From Candidatus Nanoarchaeia archaeon (lineage in GTDB: Bacteria > Patescibacteriota > Microgenomatia > Woykebacterales > RBG-16-39-9b): a DNA stretch of 64,000 bases. Below are positions 48,354 through 56,929 of this stretch, one piece after another. Position 1 is the first letter of the stretch, and every line of letters starts with the position of its first letter. The position numbers and the translations under genes are program-made. The stretch lies in assembly GCA_036514715.1 (NCBI GenBank), contig DATBWR010000004.1:73147-137146 (forward strand). Reading direction: 5' to 3'. The notes under the pieces were generated by a model. It had not been told where the DNA came from. It saw nothing but the letters and a program-made list of their open reading frames with translations, and ran no database searches.

Positions 48354-49082
48354 TTAATTCTTGTCAAGTTTTAGGTAATAAGCCCGTTTTTCGGTAGAGA
48401 AGTGTTCAATAGCGTAGCGCAGGGCAGTTCGAGGCATCGTTGCCGCAAAATTATCCAAAAAATCAGTTAAATAATTCTCGCCGCATTTTTGGCCGATTTC
48501 TCTTAAGCTCCAACCAACTGCTTTTTGGATTAAATCGTGTTTATCGTTAACCAAAATCTCCGCGATTTCCAAGGCTAACTTTGGGTCACCCTTTTTAATG
48601 TAATGAAAAGTAGCGATCATAGCGATTCTGCGTTCCCAGAGACTTTCCGATTTTGCCAATTTTTTCAAAATATCTTTGGGTTTATCTTCCAAAAAAGATC
48701 CGACGATTTTATCAGCGGACAGGTCAACTAAATCCCAGTTGTTAATTTGCTTAGTGTTGGAGAGATAAAATTCGTAGATTTTCTTTTGGGCTGCAGGATC
48801 AGCCTTCTTAAATTGCCCAACTAAAATGAAAAGTGAAAGTAGTCTTTCTTCGTGAATAGGGGAATGAGATAGAGAGGTGATATCTTCAAAGCTTAGATCT
48901 TGATATTTTCTTGCGAGGGATCGCTGTTGTGGTACAGTAACTCCAATAAACTGGTCTCCTTCGCCGTATTGGCCGGGGCCAGTTTTAAAAAACCAAGCAT
49001 TGGTTTTAGCCTTCTCGGGGCTGGAAATTTTTCTTAAGTCAGACCGTAGTTTCCCCAACATATCAATGGTCAAAGTCAGCAA
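48354..49082 (-). CDS. DNA alkylation repair protein (AlkD/AlkC-like HEAT-repeat glycosylase family)
   Basis: NNWDLVDLSADKIVG and WERRIAM... segments typical of the DNA_alkylation family. Confidence 0.7.
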   Translation of the reverse strand: MLTLTIDMLGKLRSDLRKISSPEKAKTNAWFFKTGPGQYGEGDQFIGVTVPQQRSLARKYQDLSFEDITSLSHSPIHEERLLSLFILVGQFKKADPAAQKKIYEFYLSNTKQINNWDLVDLSADKIVGSFLEDKPKDILKKLAKSESLWERRIAMIATFHYIKKGDPKLALEIAEILVNDKHDLIQKAVGWSLREIGQKCGENYLTDFLDNFAATMPRTALRYAIEHFSTEKRAYYLKLDKN

Positions 49083-49869
49083 ATCCCGGGTTGATGAGGC
49101 GAGGCTCCTGCGGTACTTGGTTAATGAGTTCCCTGTCTTCTTTACTCAAATTAAAATCCAAAGAATTAAAGTTTTCCTCAATGTGCTTATGCGTAGCAGC
49201 TTTGGGTATCGCCACTATATCCTGTTGGGCGATCCAGTTGAGAATAATCTGGCTGGGGGTTTTGGCATATTTTTTCGCCAGTGTCTTAATTTCTTCCAAG
49301 TTTAAATCTTGGCCGCGGGCAATCGGTGAATAGGCAGTAACCACGATCTTGTGAGCATCACAAAAACTTTTTAGTTTCCTTTGATTAAAAGAAGGGTGCA
49401 GTTCCACTTGGTTGTTAGTAATTTCCACGCCGGTTTTTAAAGCTTCTTCTAAACGGCGCCCTTCAAAATTGGAGACGCCAATGGCGTGGGTAACTCCTTG
49501 TTCTTTGAGGGAGTTCATTGCTTCAAGAGTTTCACGAATAGGGACAGCGGGGTTTGGCCAATGGATCAAGAGCAGATCAATGTAAGGTGTCTGGAGCTCG
49601 TCTAAAAATCTTTTTCCAGTTTCCTCTACAGCCTTGCGGTTTAAACTGTTGTACCAGATTTTGGTGGTGAGGAACAAATCTTCCCTAGGAATTTTCGAAT
49701 TTTTAACCGCCCTTCCAACTTTAATGTGAGTGTTATAAATATCCGCAGTGTCAATGAGGCGGTAACCTACTTCCAAAGCATGTTCAATCGCCCCTTGATC
49801 TTTTAGCTGCCAAGTCCCTAAACCCAAAATCGGAATTTCAATTTTGTCATTAAGTTTCAAAGTTTTCAC
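49063..49869 (-). CDS. Aldo/keto reductase
   Basis: LIDTADIYNTH...; AKR active-site pattern IHWP. Confidence 0.85.
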   Translation of the reverse strand: MKTLKLNDKIEIPILGLGTWQLKDQGAIEHALEVGYRLIDTADIYNTHIKVGRAVKNSKIPREDLFLTTKIWYNSLNRKAVEETGKRFLDELQTPYIDLLLIHWPNPAVPIRETLEAMNSLKEQGVTHAIGVSNFEGRRLEEALKTGVEITNNQVELHPSFNQRKLKSFCDAHKIVVTAYSPIARGQDLNLEEIKTLAKKYAKTPSQIILNWIAQQDIVAIPKAATHKHIEENFNSLDFNLSKEDRELINQVPQEPRLINPGFADFDH

Positions 49870-49967
49870 GCTAAATATATTACCAGACTGGGCAAGATTT
49901 TGACATTTTAGGTTTCTTCTGAGAAAATCTTTGCAAGTAAGTTAGTAAGGAAGAAAGAGAGGAGAAA

Positions 49968-50561
49968 ATGTCCACAACAGGTGCGGTTTTGGACCGTGGG
50001 GAAGTTGGCACCCACACTAGAGCCAGGCGTCCCACACGCCTGACCAACAACGAAAAGAGGTGTTTGGCAGCAGAGAAAGCCAGCTACTCCAGATGGACCC
50101 TACCAACTCGCCAGGGCTGGGCGGTTGGCTACATCGAGGACCCGAGGCCACACAAGATCCTCAGTGGTGGAGTGGAGAGCGGGCCTTTCAACTTCGTGGT
50201 GGCGATGCTAATCGTTGCCGGTGTCCTCGCTGTCTTGGGGCTGAGTCTCAGCTGGTGGGCCGTTGGCAGCAGTGTGACCTTCGGTCTCATCGGGGCCGTG
50301 GCGATAACGATTCCGTTTGAGCGGAACTCCCGAGCGCTGGCTGCCGCTGGGATTCCTATTTTAGGCAAGATACTCTTCTTGAAAGGTGAAGTGCCCGAGC
50401 AACCGAGATTGTCCTATCAGCAGGCAAAGGATAGCCGCCTTTTCGACTCGCTCCGTATCTTTGCCCCGGAAGAAGCCTTCAAGCGGGTACTGCGGGTGGA
50501 TCCGGTCATCTTTGGGACGATTGGAGACGAGACTTTCCTTATCGTCGCCTTCGATCTGTAG
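49968..50561 (+). CDS. Hypothetical 2-TM membrane protein in a GC-rich island
   Basis: RBS agaggag; the ORF and its antisense frames are markedly more GC-rich than the flanks. Confidence 0.4.
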   Translation: MSTTGAVLDRGEVGTHTRARRPTRLTNNEKRCLAAEKASYSRWTLPTRQGWAVGYIEDPRPHKILSGGVESGPFNFVVAMLIVAGVLAVLGLSLSWWAVGSSVTFGLIGAVAITIPFERNSRALAAAGIPILGKILFLKGEVPEQPRLSYQQAKDSRLFDSLRIFAPEEAFKRVLRVDPVIFGTIGDETFLIVAFDL

Positions 50562-50589
50562 GAGAAGATCAGCGGAGCTCGAATGCAAG

Positions 50590-50630
50590 CAATGCATCCG
50601 GGCTCTTTCTTTTTGAAGAAAATTTGTCAT
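50590..50630 (+). terminator. Rho-independent terminator (ATGCA-agcaa-TGCAT then CTTTCTTTTT)
   Basis: Read directly, downstream of the GC-rich ORF. Confidence 0.45.
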
Positions 50631-50649
50631 CAGTGTTAAAATCAAACAC

Positions 50650-51615
50650 ATGAAAGCAATTAGAGTACATGGGCCGGGTGGGCCGGAAGTTTTGAAATAC
50701 GAAGAAGTGCCGGATCCGAAAGCGGGTAATGGTGAAGTTTTGGTTGTCCTTGAGGCAATTGGAGTTAACTTTGTTGATATTTACAACCGCCGTAGTGCAC
50801 CTAGTGGCCAAACTACTCCAATTGGTCGGGAAGGAGCTGGGGTAGTTGAAGCGGTTGGTCAGGGAGTAAAAGATTTTAAAGTTGGCGACAAAGTGGCTTT
50901 TGACGGAACTCTTGGCGCCTACGCAGAACTCATTGCCGTACCAGCCGATAGATTGGTAAAAGTGCCAAGTAAATTAACAACCAAACAAGCCGCTAGCGTT
51001 CTTTTGCAAGGCATGACCGCCCATTATTTGGCGACCAGTGTTTACCCGCTAAAAAAAGGCGATGTTTGTTTGGTACATGCTGCGGCCGGTGGAGTAGGGG
51101 AACTGCTTTGTCAGATGGCTAAGATGCGCGGTGCAAAAGTAATCGGTACGGTTTCAACTAGAGAGAAAGCTAAAGTAGCCGGAGAAGCTGGTGCTGATGA
51201 AGTAATTGTCTACACAAAAGCTGATTTTGGAGAAGAAGTTAAAAAATTAACGGCAGGTAAAGGAGTCAACGTAATTTATGATAGCGTTGGTAAAACTACT
51301 TTTCTGAAAGGCTTCAAGGTCTTGCGACCGTTAGGTATGATGGTTCTTTTTGGACAATCTTCCGGACCGGTAGAAAGCTTTGATCCAAGCATTTTGGCTA
51401 AAGGTGGATCGCTTTTTTTCACCCGCCCGAGTTTAACCAATTACACTGCAACTCGACAAGATCTATTGCAACGCGCCAATGAAGTTTTCAAATGGGTCGC
51501 TGACGGCTCCCTCAAAGTACGAGTTTTCAAAGAATTTCCTCTGCAAGAAGCTGCCAAAGCTCACCAAGCCCTAGAAGAGCGCCAAACTGTCGGTAAACTC
51601 CTCCTCACTCCTTAA
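50650..51615 (+). CDS. qor: NADPH:quinone oxidoreductase / zinc-type alcohol dehydrogenase family
   Basis: MKAIRVHGPGGPEVL; AAGGVG Rossmann motif. Confidence 0.85.
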   Translation: MKAIRVHGPGGPEVLKYEEVPDPKAGNGEVLVVLEAIGVNFVDIYNRRSAPSGQTTPIGREGAGVVEAVGQGVKDFKVGDKVAFDGTLGAYAELIAVPADRLVKVPSKLTTKQAASVLLQGMTAHYLATSVYPLKKGDVCLVHAAAGGVGELLCQMAKMRGAKVIGTVSTREKAKVAGEAGADEVIVYTKADFGEEVKKLTAGKGVNVIYDSVGKTTFLKGFKVLRPLGMMVLFGQSSGPVESFDPSILAKGGSLFFTRPSLTNYTATRQDLLQRANEVFKWVADGSLKVRVFKEFPLQEAAKAHQALEERQTVGKLLLTP

Positions 51616-51635
51616 TTTTCTGCTAATATCAAAAC

Positions 51636-52157
51636 ATGCCGCTTGGTCCAGTAATTGTTATTCTCCTGCGCTTAATACTTCCACTCTCAATCCTACGCTA
51701 CCCTCTGTGGGGAGGTATTTTGGCCATGCTTTTGGATGGGGCCGACGTTATCATTGCTGGTTGGTTGAACATGGGAGATTTTTCCAGTTATCACACTACG
51801 GACAAATACCTGGATATGTATTATCTTACTTTGGAAGTTTACAAATCCCTTAGTTGGCAAAACGCTCTAGCTTGCAGAACCAGTATGTTTCTTTTTATTT
51901 ACCGGTTTGTCGGAGTCATTTGGTTTGAAGCCACCAACCTGCGTATATTGCTCTTTGTCTTTCCCAACCTGTTTGAAAACTTCTTTTTGTTTTTTGAAGC
52001 CTACAGAAAGATCAAGAAAACAGAGAAACTTTCTTGGAAGGGGATTCTGATTGCCTTAATAATTCTTCTTATTCCCAAGCTGGTGCAAGAATATCTAATG
52101 CACGTTGTTCTTCTGCGCCCTTGGGACTGGTTCCACACCACCTTTCTCAAAACCTAA
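51636..52157 (+). CDS. Integral membrane protein, unknown function
   Basis: 173 aa, about 5 TM helices. Confidence 0.4.
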   Translation: MPLGPVIVILLRLILPLSILRYPLWGGILAMLLDGADVIIAGWLNMGDFSSYHTTDKYLDMYYLTLEVYKSLSWQNALACRTSMFLFIYRFVGVIWFEATNLRILLFVFPNLFENFFLFFEAYRKIKKTEKLSWKGILIALIILLIPKLVQEYLMHVVLLRPWDWFHTTFLKT

Positions 52158-52190
52158 AGATATATGAATACTTATTCATATATCTTTTTG
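52158..52190 (+). terminator. Palindrome AGATATATGAATA-CT-TATTCATATATCT followed by TTTTT (terminator-like; also a repeated motif)
   Basis: Starts at the stop codon of the 51636 gene; the inverse copy lies at 52681-52702 inside the next CDS. Confidence 0.45.
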
Positions 52191-52225
52191 ACTAACCTTC
52201 ATTTGGCTATCAAGCGTAATTAAGC

Positions 52226-52324
52226 TATAAGCACCTGTGAACTCGCGCTTGTATCCTTAACCCGTTATAAGCACACTACGCGTGCTTGTATCAGCTGAAG
52301 CTGATATAATTGCGCCGATGGCGA
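52226..52324 (+). repeat. Duplicated upstream region, copy 1 (about 85 bp near-identical to 53732-53831)
   Basis: ...cgcgcttgtatccttaacccgttataagcacactacgcgtgcttgtatcagctgaagctgatataattgcgcc[g/t]atggcga...; contains the 8-2-8 palindrome TATCAGCT-GA-AGCTGATA (52289-52306). Confidence 0.8.
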
Positions 52325-52797
52325 CGAAGCTGTACCAGTTTAGTCCGATAAATTCAAAAGAAGAACTACTTAATGCAGTTACTTATGTCGCTGAGAAAAC
52401 TACCGAGCTTTGTAAGAAGATAACTGGTGAAGAATACCCAATCAGTTCTTTGACAGTTTTTACCCATTATCTAGACGAATTTGAAAAACTGAAAACTATT
52501 TTGTTTGAGCAAGGGGAGTTAGATCACGAAAATAACGGCCCATTCGTAAGATTAAAAGAGGGGATAGCTCTCCCCTACAACGAACTTAAACTGTTGCGAG
52601 TTCGTCAACCCGACCCTTACCGAATGCAAGTAGGATGTTGTGATTTTAAAGTCTCAGATTACCAAGAATTCAAAAATAAATATATGAATAAGTATTCATA
52701 TAATTTTAGATTGATAGAGCGGGAAAATTACGAAATGATTGAACTTTACGATCCAAATTTTGACGTTCTAGCCTACTTTTTGAGCAACCAACAATGA
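52318..52797 (+). CDS. Hypothetical protein (start MATKLYQF...)
   Basis: ATG at 52318 at the end of the duplicated region; the track start at 52282 reads through the repeat and is an artefact. Confidence 0.45.
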   Translation: MATKLYQFSPINSKEELLNAVTYVAEKTTELCKKITGEEYPISSLTVFTHYLDEFEKLKTILFEQGELDHENNGPFVRLKEGIALPYNELKLLRVRQPDPYRMQVGCCDFKVSDYQEFKNKYMNKYSYNFRLIERENYEMIELYDPNFDVLAYFLSNQQ

Positions 52798-53315
52798 ATA
52801 TTTCAATTAGACTTGCAAAGGAAAGCGACTTAAAAGAATATACGAATTTACTTCAACGCACTTACCAAGAGTCTTATACTGACCCTAAAATCGGTTTAAC
52901 CAAAGAATGTTTTTCTAAGGAGATTTTTAACACTAAAAGTTCTCAGGATTATTTGAAATCAAACCTTGTAGTTAACGAACAACAAAAAGCTTGGCTTGCA
53001 TTTCTTGATTCAAAGATGATAGGTTCGATCACTGTTATTGATAAAGGCGAAGAATGCCAGCTGCGAGGTTTTTACGTTGCACCTGAATATCAAGGTAAGG
53101 GGGTTGGAAAACAACTTTGGCAGAGGGCTTTAGATTTCGCCAGCGGCAAAGATATTGTCCTTGATCTCTACGCCCACAATACTAAAACCATCGAAATGTA
53201 TAAAAAGTGGGGATTTAAGATAGATGAAGAAAAAGGTACTTTTTACCGTCACTGGCCCGAATGGTCCGAAGAGATTAAAGTTAAGTGTCTTTATATGCTA
53301 TTTTCCAGAAAATAA
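52794..53315 (+). CDS. GNAT-family N-acetyltransferase
   Basis: RGFYVAPEYQGKGVGKQLW acetyl-CoA binding motif. Confidence 0.8.
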   Translation: MNISIRLAKESDLKEYTNLLQRTYQESYTDPKIGLTKECFSKEIFNTKSSQDYLKSNLVVNEQQKAWLAFLDSKMIGSITVIDKGEECQLRGFYVAPEYQGKGVGKQLWQRALDFASGKDIVLDLYAHNTKTIEMYKKWGFKIDEEKGTFYRHWPEWSEEIKVKCLYMLFSRK

Positions 53316-53357
53316 GAAAGGCGGCCAAGTATTGGTCGCCTCAAAGTCTCTCCTACG

Positions 53358-53657
53358 TTAGACTGGTTGTCTAAGGGCTTCGTTGAGCTCACTGGCTAAA
53401 GTGAAAGCCAAACTTCCTGACCGTTCGTAGCCCTCGGTGTAGTCATGAAGGATGATGACTGGGACCTCACAGTCCTTTTGGAACCGGTTGCAGAAGGGTA
53501 ACACGTCTTCCAGATGGTTCTCTCTAGCGACCATGATATCGTCATGGTCCTCACACCATTCGAAAACACGGTTGGCGGGAAAACTTTCTGGAGCTCCTCT
53601 CAGGAAAACTCCATAACCATTTCCAACTCGCCTAATTACCAGTTTAATATGGGGCAT
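53358..53657 (-). CDS. Small hypothetical protein (about 99 aa), GC-elevated
   Basis: RBS aaaggagag before the ATG (reverse complement of 53649-53657); the longer track ORF lacks an RBS. Confidence 0.35.
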   Translation of the reverse strand: MPHIKLVIRRVGNGYGVFLRGAPESFPANRVFEWCEDHDDIMVARENHLEDVLPFCNRFQKDCEVPVIILHDYTEGYERSGSLAFTLASELNEALRQPV

Positions 53658-53731
53658 TTCTGCTCTCCTTTCTTTCAAAAGTATTATACAGCTATAGGGC
53701 AAATACTGGCTGCAAGTTTGGCCGGGTTCAG

Positions 53732-53831
53732 GTATAAGCACTCGGAGATTCGCGCTTGTATCCTTAACCCGTTATAAGCACACTACGCGTGCTTGTATCA
53801 GCTGAAGCTGATATAATTGCGCCTATGGCGA
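53732..53831 (+). repeat. Duplicated upstream region, copy 2
   Basis: Near-identical to 52226-52324; palindrome at 53796-53813. Confidence 0.8.
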
Positions 53832-54976
53832 AAAGGCAACCTAAAATTGCGCTGGTGCATGATTACCTGAACCAATACGGTGGGGGTGAACGTGTGCTGG
53901 AAGCTTTGGCGGAAATTTGGCCAGAGGCCACTATTTACACCAGTATCGTTGATGAGCCCGTGATGAAAACTTGGTTAAAGCTCGATTTAAAGAGAGTCAA
54001 AACTAATTTCATTAGTAAGCTTCCTTTTGCCAAAACGCTTTCCAAACATTATTTTTTCCTTTATCCGCTTGCTTTTCGCTTCCAAAATCTCGGCGATGCA
54101 GACGTTGTTATTTCCACCAGCTCCTACGCAGCAAAATTTGCTCGTGGGAAAGAAGGCTCTGTCCACATTGACTATATCCACACTGTCCCACGCTTTTTGT
54201 GGGGTTATGATACTGAGTTAGCCCGCTATTATGCACGTTGGTTCGATAAATTTCTCGCTCCACTTTATGCTCTTTTAGTACCACCCCTGAAATGGATTTT
54301 AAGAAAAGGCGACTACTCAGCTGCCCAAAAAGTGGACTATTTTCTGGCTAATTCTCAAGAAGTAAGGAGCCGTGTTAAAAAACACTACGGCCGTGACGCT
54401 GAGGTTATCCACCCACCGGTCGATACCGAGAGGTTTAAGGATGAAGGACAAAAGATAACTAATGAAGTGAAAGACGAAAAGGAGTACTATTTGGTGGTTT
54501 CAAGACTGGGCGGTTACAAAAGAGTGGACATTGTGGTTGAAGCCTTCAATAAACTTGGTCGGCCCTTGAGAATTGTTGGTGTAGGCCCCCAACTCTCCTA
54601 CTTAAAATCAATTGCTGCTCCCAATGTCGAGCTTTTGGGACGGTTGGATGATGCTCAAGTTACCCAGCTAATAAAAACCTGTAAGGCCTTGGTTTTCCCG
54701 ACTCATGAAGATTTTGGTATCGTTCCCGTTGAAGCTATGGCCGCTGGTAAACAGGTAATTGCTTACCGGGGTGGAGGGGCCTTAGAGACTGTAGTTGAGG
54801 GAAAAACCGGTGTCTTTTTTGATAAGCAGACACCTGAAGGTATAATAGAGGCAGTCGGGCGCTTTGAGAGATTGAAGGTTGATCCCCAAGAGGCACGAGC
54901 ACAAGCGGCCAAATTTTCGAAAGAAGTTTTTAAGAAAAAAATGAAAGAATTTATCGAAAAGGTATCTAAAAAGTGA
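53825..54976 (+). CDS. Glycosyltransferase family 4
   Basis: MAKRQPKIALVHDYLNQYGGGERV N-terminus; C-terminal FGIVPVEAMAAGKQVIA. Confidence 0.8.
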   Translation: MAKRQPKIALVHDYLNQYGGGERVLEALAEIWPEATIYTSIVDEPVMKTWLKLDLKRVKTNFISKLPFAKTLSKHYFFLYPLAFRFQNLGDADVVISTSSYAAKFARGKEGSVHIDYIHTVPRFLWGYDTELARYYARWFDKFLAPLYALLVPPLKWILRKGDYSAAQKVDYFLANSQEVRSRVKKHYGRDAEVIHPPVDTERFKDEGQKITNEVKDEKEYYLVVSRLGGYKRVDIVVEAFNKLGRPLRIVGVGPQLSYLKSIAAPNVELLGRLDDAQVTQLIKTCKALVFPTHEDFGIVPVEAMAAGKQVIAYRGGGALETVVEGKTGVFFDKQTPEGIIEAVGRFERLKVDPQEARAQAAKFSKEVFKKKMKEFIEKVSKK

Positions 54977-56058
54977 AAATTGTTGTTTTTTCCGGTGGAG
55001 CCGGCACCCGTATGTGGCCAATGAGTCGGGCTGCAATGCCAAAACAATTCCAGCCTTTGGTTGGGAAAACTTCGATGTTCCAGCAAATGTTGGAGCGTCT
55101 CGCAAGGGGCTTTGACACTGAAGATATCTACGTGGTAACTGGGGCCGATTACGTGGGCTTGGTTAAAAAACAGGCCCCCTCTCTGCCGACCGAGAACATC
55201 ATTGGTGAACCCCAGATGCGGGATACTCTAGCAGCGGTTTCCTTTGCTTGTGCCTACCTTTCGGCTAAATTTCCTAATGAAACCATGGCCGCTATCTGGG
55301 GAGCCGACCACCTTGTTAAAGAAGAAAAAACTTTTATTAAAGCCTTAAAAGCTGCGGAAAAATTAGCTAAAAAAGAGGGCGTTATTGCCAAAGTTGATGT
55401 CCACCCGGTCTTTCCAAGTGTACATTTAGGTTACATTGAAATTGGCGAAAGAAGAGCTAAAATCGACAGTTTTGAGGTTTTTGAGTTTATCCGCCACGTT
55501 GAAAAACCAAATCTATCCACTGCAGAAAAGTTTTTGGAGTCAGGTAAATATTTGTGGAACACCGGTTACTTTGTTTGGGAACTGTCCAAAATTATGGCCC
55601 TTTTCAAAAAACATTTACCTGAAATTTACAAAAGCTTGAAAAAAATTCAACTGTCCTTGGGCACTCCGAAAGAAAAAGAGGTTGTTGCGGAAGAGTATCA
55701 AAAAATTCCCCGCAATTCTTTTGACTACGCTTTTCTAGAAAAACTTGGACCCGGGGACCAACTGGAAATACCAGCGGTTCTGGGCTGGACTGATATCGGT
55801 GCCTGGAACACTCTTAAAGATGAACTGGCGGAAAGTGAAGTACACAACGTTGTGCGCGGTGAGCACATTGGTATTAATTCGGAGGATTTGCTGGTCTTTG
55901 GACCCGAGAAAGGAAAATTAATCGCGACAGTCGGCTTAAAAGGGATGATTATTGTTGATACGCCGGATGCTTTGCTGATTTGTCCAAAGGAACGGTCGCA
56001 AGACGTGAAAAAAATCGTCCAAGAACTAAGAGAACGCCGGAAACATAAGTATTTATAG
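54973..56058 (+). CDS. Mannose-1-phosphate guanylyltransferase-like sugar nucleotidyltransferase
   Basis: KIVVFSGGAGTRMWPMSR nucleotidyltransferase motif. Confidence 0.8.
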   Translation: MKIVVFSGGAGTRMWPMSRAAMPKQFQPLVGKTSMFQQMLERLARGFDTEDIYVVTGADYVGLVKKQAPSLPTENIIGEPQMRDTLAAVSFACAYLSAKFPNETMAAIWGADHLVKEEKTFIKALKAAEKLAKKEGVIAKVDVHPVFPSVHLGYIEIGERRAKIDSFEVFEFIRHVEKPNLSTAEKFLESGKYLWNTGYFVWELSKIMALFKKHLPEIYKSLKKIQLSLGTPKEKEVVAEEYQKIPRNSFDYAFLEKLGPGDQLEIPAVLGWTDIGAWNTLKDELAESEVHNVVRGEHIGINSEDLLVFGPEKGKLIATVGLKGMIIVDTPDALLICPKERSQDVKKIVQELRERRKHKYL

Positions 56059-56279
56059 CGGGTCCTGTCAGCAGTTTCCCTCCCGCCAGTGCTCAGCAAG
56101 AGCTTGCGCGCTGTCGGGATCCCTTCTTCTGCCGCCACCCGCTGAAATAAATAAAGTGTGCTATAAACCGCTAGGCTTATATCCTAGCGTTTTGTGTCCA
56201 TTTAGGATATAATAGTTACACTTTAAAGCTACCTGGCAAAGGCTTACCCCTTTGCCACTTTCATGTTTTTCGCTGCCGT

Positions 56280-56924
56280 TTGGCTATGTTGTATGATTTT
56301 GCAAAACGAGCTTTGGACATCGTCGGCTCCTTAGTAGGTTTAATACTCCTCTTTCCACTTTTAATAGTAGTTGGGCTAGCAGTGAAACTTTCTTCGCAAG
56401 GACCAGTTCTAGTGGAGGCTTCGAGCCGAGTGGGAAAAAATAACAAGATTTTTAGAATGTATAAATTCCGAACAATGGTTGCCGGCGCCCACAAGCTAAT
56501 TCGTACTGACCCAAAAATGAAAGAAGTTTTCGAAGAATACAAAAAAAGTAGCTTTAAGTTAAAAAAAGACCCTCGTGTAACACAGTTAGGTAAGTTTTTG
56601 CGAAAGTCCAGCTTGGATGAGCTGCCGCAGTTTTTAAACGTGTTGAAAAGCGAAATGAGTTTAGTTGGTCCACGAGCTTTTTATCCTGATGAACTAACTG
56701 AAAATAAAAAACGTTATCCCCAAACTTTGCCTGACATTGAAGAAGCTTTGAAAGTCAAACCTGGTATCACCGGGTTGTGGCAAGTTTCGGGAAGAAGTAA
56801 AATTGGTTTTACACGGAGAATTAAAATGGATGCCCATTATGCCCGTTTCCACTCACTAACACTCGATCTAAAAATTCTGTTAAAAACTCCCTTCGTTGTT
56901 CTTAAAAGAGATGGGGTGTACTAA
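56280..56924 (+). CDS. Initiating polyprenyl-phosphate sugar-phosphate transferase (PglC/WbaP C-terminal-domain family)
   Basis: N-terminal TM helix; Bac_transf motifs ...[22 protein letters not shown]... Confidence 0.85.
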   Translation: MAMLYDFAKRALDIVGSLVGLILLFPLLIVVGLAVKLSSQGPVLVEASSRVGKNNKIFRMYKFRTMVAGAHKLIRTDPKMKEVFEEYKKSSFKLKKDPRVTQLGKFLRKSSLDELPQFLNVLKSEMSLVGPRAFYPDELTENKKRYPQTLPDIEEALKVKPGITGLWQVSGRSKIGFTRRIKMDAHYARFHSLTLDLKILLKTPFVVLKRDGVY

Positions 56925-56929
56925 GTTAG

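Noticed and set aside
52282-53840. ORF-track N-termini MLVSAEADIIAPMA... for the 52282 and 53789 ORFs
   Set aside because: The identical 12-residue N-termini arise from translating through the duplicated non-coding upstream block. The real starts are the ATGs at 52318 and 53825.
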